Assembly: GCA_016192995.1 (NCBI GenBank)
Contig: JACPTB010000001.1
Span: 65,110-129,109, forward strand
From: Candidatus Woesearchaeota archaeon
GTDB taxonomy: Archaea; Nanobdellota; Nanobdellia; Woesearchaeales; DSVV01
DNA length: 64,000 bases
Direction: 5' to 3'
Numbering within the stretch: position 1 is the first letter of the stretch; each line of letters begins with the position of its first letter. The notes beneath the pieces are model-generated. The model was not told the DNA's origin, did not search any database, and was given only the letters and a program-made list of their open reading frames with translations. This document shows, in pieces, positions 59,060 to 64,000 of the stretch. The position numbers and the translations under genes were made by a program.

Positions 59060-60478
59060 TTATTGGACTGTTACTGCAACATTTGTTTCTGCTTCTCCAG
59101 TAACTTTAGCACTTATATCAACTACTGCTTCTTCCACTTCTTCTTCAGATTCAGTGATTTCATACTCTTCTTTGTCCTGCAATGATCCTCGGCATTCGCC
59201 TAACAATCCAGGTTGATTGCTGTTAACAAACTTAATTCCTTGCTGCATAAACTTTGGTACATCGTGCATTGCTTCAAATGCCTTGCTCAGCTCTTTTTTA
59301 GCAGCATCTATACTTCTTTGAGCTTGTTCACCGTCTTCTGAAGATCTTGCCTTGTCAAAAAATTTCTGGGCTTGTTCATAATGCTCTTTAGCAGAAGCTT
59401 GTTTCTCAACTATTTGCTTAATAACTTGCATTAAATTTGCAGTGTCAACACTTGTTTCAAGCTTTTCTTCAGCGCATTCTAATGCTGCAACTGCTTTCTC
59501 TGAACTTTGAAATAATCCCTGAGCTGCTCCCTGTAATGAACGTTGAGCATGCACTTTTATTCTATGCTTAAAAAGCTTGTAAATATGTTTTAGTTCCTGC
59601 GCTTGCGCTCTTATTTCTTCTTTAGTTGTGGCAAGTCTTGCCTGTTCAATGATTTTATCCAATCTTTCGACTGCTGCTTCAAGCTCATCAACTGCTTTGT
59701 CATCATAATTATTTTCTTCTACTTTTTCAAGGATTTTTTCTAAATGTGCTTGCAGCCGTTCAGATGATTGTATGACAAATTCTTTTGCCTGTTCAAGAAT
59801 TTCTTCATCACTTGCGCCTTTTTCTTTAAGTTCAAGGAATTTCTTGCGCGCTTCTTCAGCATGCTGTTCTGCCCGCTCAAATTTCTTTTCAGCTTGTAGG
59901 TATCGCAGCCTTACTTTTTTCAAATCTTGAATTGCAAGCCTTTCCTTTACTTGGGCTTTTTTAAGCTTCATCTTATCAAGCCTTTCTCTGCATGCATCTT
60001 CGTTGTCTTTGCATGCTTGCATAAACACTTGTAAATCTGCTCTATCCATATGGGCTAGAACTTCAGCTTGATGTTCATTCATCTTTCCAAGAAAATCTGC
60101 TTTATGCTGTTGAACTGCATATTTCAGCTTTCTCTTTTGTTCATCTGATAGTTCTTCAAACCCTTTTTTCATAAACCAATCAGCTTTAGCTTCTTTAAAA
60201 TTATCTTTTAACTTTTCTTCATATTCTTTTCTCCTTTCTTTCATTTCTTTGATCTTTTCCCTTTGTTTTTCACCATAGGTATCTTTACCATTATTATCAT
60301 ATCCGATTTCAGCTTCAGCTGAAGCTTCTGCTTCAACATTTCCTGATACTTCTCCAGAAGAAGTGTCACTTCCTGTATTTTCATCTCCCGTACCTGACTC
60401 TGCAGCTACAAGAGGAACTACTCCTATCATATATAACAATACAACCAATACCACATAGATTCTTTTCATTTCGTACAT
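59060..60478 (-). CDS. Secreted coiled-coil protein
   Basis: Signal peptide, long E/K/A heptad helices, SD aaggagg. Confidence 0.75.
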   Translation of the reverse strand: MYEMKRIYVVLVVLLYMIGVVPLVAAESGTGDENTGSDTSSGEVSGNVEAEASAEAEIGYDNNGKDTYGEKQREKIKEMKERRKEYEEKLKDNFKEAKADWFMKKGFEELSDEQKRKLKYAVQQHKADFLGKMNEHQAEVLAHMDRADLQVFMQACKDNEDACRERLDKMKLKKAQVKERLAIQDLKKVRLRYLQAEKKFERAEQHAEEARKKFLELKEKGASDEEILEQAKEFVIQSSERLQAHLEKILEKVEENNYDDKAVDELEAAVERLDKIIEQARLATTKEEIRAQAQELKHIYKLFKHRIKVHAQRSLQGAAQGLFQSSEKAVAALECAEEKLETSVDTANLMQVIKQIVEKQASAKEHYEQAQKFFDKARSSEDGEQAQRSIDAAKKELSKAFEAMHDVPKFMQQGIKFVNSNQPGLLGECRGSLQDKEEYEITESEEEVEEAVVDISAKVTGEAETNVAVTVQ

Positions 60479-60494
60479 CTTCTCATCCTCCTTA

Positions 60495-60655
60495 AAGAGC
60501 TTTCGCTAGTTGTTTAGGCACTTTGAAAAGCAAAGTATTTGACTCTGGGCTATCTTTAAAAAAAATAAAAGGTGTGGTGCTTTCACACCACACCACTGAG
60601 CATTAGCTCATGCAAAGATAGCCTAAACCTATCAGTTGTTTGCAACTGATATATG
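60495..60655 (-). promoter_or_regulatory. Structured 5' leader with terminator-like hairpin and U tract
   Basis: Several perfect stems between TATA (60673-60680) and the SD of the 60478 gene. Confidence 0.55.
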
Positions 60656-60857
60656 CTTAGTAGCGTGTCTTGTTTATAAATATTCTTTCAAAAAACTTAT
60701 ATTAAAGCTTTATAACAGGATATAAAGCTTTATAAAAGCTAAAATAAGCTTCTTTTTCTTTATTAAGATTTTTTTACTGGTTATTTAGCATAATAACTAG
60801 TTTAAAAAATCTTAATAAGTAACAACCTTTTTATACATAAACAACATTATTGTTAGT

Positions 60858-61733
60858 ATGAAGCATATTTTTATCTTGATCGTTGGCGTTATTCTTGTTA
60901 TGTTTTTAGCACCTCAAATATTTGGCGCTACTATTTCAGGAACGATATATGATTATTCTCTTAAAAAAGGAGATAATATTATCGTCACTATTGATTCAGT
61001 GCCGCCGCAGAAATACATCTCAAAAGAGGGAACCTATCATTTTACCATTGGATTTGGAGAATATCTCCTTGAAGCTAAACGCTATGAAGATAATGTATTG
61101 CGAGATGCAGCTTCGGAAAAGATTGTTATTGATAAAGAAGGAGATTACCTTGTAGATCTTATTTTATTTCCTTCATTTGAACAGGAACAAAAACTTATCC
61201 AGGACTTGCCTGAAAATTTTGATCCTTATGAAGAAAAGAAAACACCCTATAAAGTTATATTTGCTGTAGCAGCTTTTCTCTTGTTAATCATAATAATTTA
61301 TTATATTAAACATGCTGAAAAGGAAGTAACAGATGAACAAAAAGAAAAATTGCGTAATGGCAAAAAGAATAAGAAGAAAACAGGAAAAAAACAATCAAAA
61401 CCAGCAAAAGATGAAAAGAGTCAGGAGCAAAATCAAAAGCAAGAAACTCAACAAAAGGCATCTCTAGCCTTTTCAGCAGCGGCAGATACTAACCTTTCCC
61501 AGGGCGAACAACCATTATTCGAAACAACCCAAGGAGATAAATATTTTCAACAAATCACTGCACTACTCAAAGAACAGCAACGTGTTACTCAAAAAGAAAT
61601 TAGAAAGCAAATTCCTTTATCTGAAGCAAAGATTTCATTGATTATTACTGAAATGGAAACAAAGGGAATCGTGCAAAAGATTAAAAAAGGCAGAGGAAAT
61701 ATTATTGTTTGGAAGGGCAATCAGAATAATTAG
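60858..61733 (+). CDS. Membrane-anchored protein with C-terminal winged HTH
   Basis: Signal, ATISGTIYD beta domain, TM, TQKEIRKQIPLSEAKISLII...KKGRGNII. Confidence 0.8.
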   Translation: MKHIFILIVGVILVMFLAPQIFGATISGTIYDYSLKKGDNIIVTIDSVPPQKYISKEGTYHFTIGFGEYLLEAKRYEDNVLRDAASEKIVIDKEGDYLVDLILFPSFEQEQKLIQDLPENFDPYEEKKTPYKVIFAVAAFLLLIIIIYYIKHAEKEVTDEQKEKLRNGKKNKKKTGKKQSKPAKDEKSQEQNQKQETQQKASLAFSAAADTNLSQGEQPLFETTQGDKYFQQITALLKEQQRVTQKEIRKQIPLSEAKISLIITEMETKGIVQKIKKGRGNIIVWKGNQNN

Positions 61734-61782
61734 TTTTACTGTTTTAAAAGTATTTATAAATAAAATTGATATTTACGATAAG

Positions 61783-61965
61783 ATGAAGTCCGAAACAAGA
61801 AAAAAGGTAAAAGAACTTGTAAAAGGTGTAATCCTTTCAAAAATTGATAATTATAGTGCTGAAACTGAATACAAACCATTTTTTCAGGCAATTTTCACAA
61901 AAGAGCAAATCTTAACTCACACTATTGTCCATTTATTCCTGAAAAAGATTTTCCACAATTATTAA
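61783..61965 (+). pseudogene. Truncated type II restriction endonuclease (MjaII/TdeIII-like N-terminus)
   Basis: KIDNYSAETEYKPFF recalls the N-terminus of that family; only 60 aa; convergent on the methylase. Confidence 0.5.
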
Positions 61966-62000
61966 AATTCGCTCAAGAAAAAGGAGTAATTCCCTAATAA

Positions 62001-63599
62001 TCATGCCTTTATCATATGAAATATAATCTCAGCATAAGGTTGTCTATCTCTTTCTGTTCTATTCAAAACAGGTCTTTTAAACTGCTCAACTATCTTTAAA
62101 CCACTTTTCTCTGCGATTCTTGGATAGAGATTATATTTATCATTAGCTACAATAAAGAAATCTCCATTATCTTTAATAAATTGACTTATGTTTATGAAAA
62201 CCTTACTTATGCCTTCAACATACTCATCTTTCGCTTTTTGTCCTTGACCTTTAAATAAAGGACTTATTTCTTTATTGTCTTTTCTTGAAATGCCAAATAA
62301 CTCGTAAGCGTAAGCATGTTGCTCATGGTAATCTATTTGACCAACATAAGGTGGAGAAGTAAAAATTCCATCTATTTTTTTATTTACTAAAAGCTTGTAA
62401 AAGTCAGGATTTTGCTTTTTGATTTCTCCAAAAATATCAGCTTCTCTTGAATCTCCATGAATAACACCTGTATATACTTTCTTCTTGATATTTGAAAAAT
62501 CCTTTAATCGTGCAATTGTATCAAACGTATATCTTCTCAAATGCCCGTTTATGGTATTTAGTGGAGTGCATATTTTTTTATGCTTTCTGCAGTAATATGG
62601 TCCTGTTTGTGGCTCTTTTAATGTTGCTAAATCTGAATGGGTTGTTGCCCTGCATGACCTCGCAGTTCTGCTTAATACTATTCTCATAATATTCTTTATT
62701 TTCTCATCTTTTTCATTCTCAATTAATTTTAAGTAATAAAATAATTCTTGTTTAACTCTCTTTTAGAACCATTTTGACAAGAAACTATTCATCTTTTTTT
62801 CGTCAAGAAGTATTGTTTTATCTTTAGTTCCATTCTTTTCAAAAAACTCTTTATTTTCTTTAAGGAATTGCTTTAGTTTTTCGTCTCCGTATTTTTCTTC
62901 CTCAAGTTCTCCCTTAAACACTCTTCTTTTAAATTCTGGATTTGGGAAGAATCTTTTGTTAAACTCATTCAGTTTTTCTTTAAGTTCAAAGTCAAATGTA
63001 TCATCAAACACTTTATTACTAAAATTAATAGTTTGAGTTAAATTATTCTTTAAAGTATAGTTTAACTTGAAAATATCATATTCATCTAACTTAACTTTAG
63101 AAATCATACAGTTAAAATCTGAAATGTCAATACCTATGGAATGTAACCCTAATTCTGAGGATTGTACCAACGTTGTACCACTCCCCATAAATGGATCAAG
63201 AATGATGTTTCCAGATTTAAAGAAAATCTGTTTTTTGTAGTCATTTAAATGGGAATCTAAAAAGTACTCAACTAATTGAGGTATAAACTTTCCTTTATAG
63301 GGATGCAATCTATGAACGTGCTTAGTTGTGTCAGATTCTCTTAATTGAGAGAAAGATAATCCCCAGTTTAAATCATTTCCTAATTGACTTTTCCAAGATT
63401 CTTGTTTTTTTACTAAATGTTCATCATAATATTGCTTCAGTTCATCTAAATTAATTTTTATTTTCTTTTCTTCATCCAAATACTTTTTAATTTTTGCATA
63501 TTGAATAAGATAGCTTATATTTGAAGTAGTTACAGGTCTATCTAAATAATCGCTTGCCCATTGCGATGCTTGACCTAAAGATAAAAGTTCTTGGCTCAT
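62001..63599 (-). pseudogene. N4-cytosine DNA methyltransferase interrupted by one in-frame TAA
   Basis: HPYKGKFIPQL, LDPFMGSGTT in ORF 1; FTSPPY in ORF 2; both ORFs share a frame and the 25 codons between them are open. Confidence 0.85.
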
Positions 63600-63736
63600 T
63601 TTTCCACTTTTTTTGTTTTTTCTTCCATGAATACTTCTATGCTTCTTGATAATGCCACTGCATTTTTCTTACAAAATTCTTTATATTTTTCGTAGGTATC
63701 TTCATCAAGACTTAATGTCACATTTCTTTGTCCCAT
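63596..63736 (-). CDS. Small ribbon-helix-helix regulator (46 aa) coupled to the methylase
   Basis: MGQRNVTLSLDEDTYEKYKEFCKKNAVALSRSIEVFMEE; ATGA overlap with the methylase start. Confidence 0.7.
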   Translation of the reverse strand: MGQRNVTLSLDEDTYEKYKEFCKKNAVALSRSIEVFMEEKTKKVEK

Positions 63737-63903
63737 AATCAACCCCTCAAATGAATACAAATGTATATAATTGAGTTACTATATAAAGTTTTCTGACTAT
63801 TTACCAATACTTGATTTTTCCCGGAAATCTTTCCAATTTTGTCGGAAATTTTGATGTTTTTTTAGCGATGGGTTTATTAAGGAGTTTTCAGGCTAAATAT
63901 CTT

Positions 63904-64000
63904 ATGAAATTGCTGAGAACTCTAACAAAATATAGTTTACTATTGATCGTTGGTGTTGTCTTACTATATTATTTTAGATATGAAATTACCGGTTACACTA
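63904..64000 (+). CDS. 5' end of a membrane/secreted protein (truncated by window edge)
   Basis: MKLLRTLTKYSLLLIVGVVLLYYFRYEITGYT, ITG motif after a TM helix. Confidence 0.55.
   Translation, partial: MKLLRTLTKYSLLLIVGVVLLYYFRYEITGYT

Noticed and set aside
339-62689. Many 60-127 aa antisense or alternate-frame ORFs inside long genes
   Set aside because: Shadow ORFs of well-supported genes, with no motifs of their own.
62763-62765. Stop-codon recoding in the methylase
   Set aside because: The codon is TAA, which terminates many conserved genes in this window; a nonsense mutation or sequencing error is simpler.
1-64000. Autonomous transposase, integrase, reverse transcriptase or rRNA gene
   Set aside because: No DDE, HUH, tyrosine or serine recombinase, RT motif or long GC-rich rRNA-like segment was recognised; an unrecognised orphan ORF cannot be excluded.

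Overview
AT-rich archaeal chromosomal segment. The gene set (split RpoB''/B' and RpoA'/A'', eS1, eL15, Bud32, Pth2, intron-containing tRNAs, plus bacterial-type TpiA and RluA) points to a DPANN archaeon, most like Woesearchaeota; this is inference, not a database result. It carries the RNA polymerase/uS12/uS7 operon, the uL1-uL10-P1 and Rpo7-Spt4-eS24-eS31 clusters, four tRNAs (three with introns, one at a non-canonical T-loop position), two or three toxin-antitoxin pairs, a broken purB and a decayed restriction-modification locus. The dominant unexplained signal is non-coding: 14 complete copies, one truncated copy and small remnants of a dispersed superfamily of 152-244 bp self-complementary elements in five subtypes (A-E). 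Most are flanked by 8-9 bp target-site duplications. Their termini differ but co-vary, their scaffolds are conserved, and they carry fixed-length windows that differ between copies (18-19 nt and 15-16 nt in A/D/E). Some are nested or in tandem, and some have rewritten gene 3' ends. No transposase, recombinase, reverse transcriptase or Cas gene is visible in the window. All calls were made by eye from motifs; no searches or folding programs were run.
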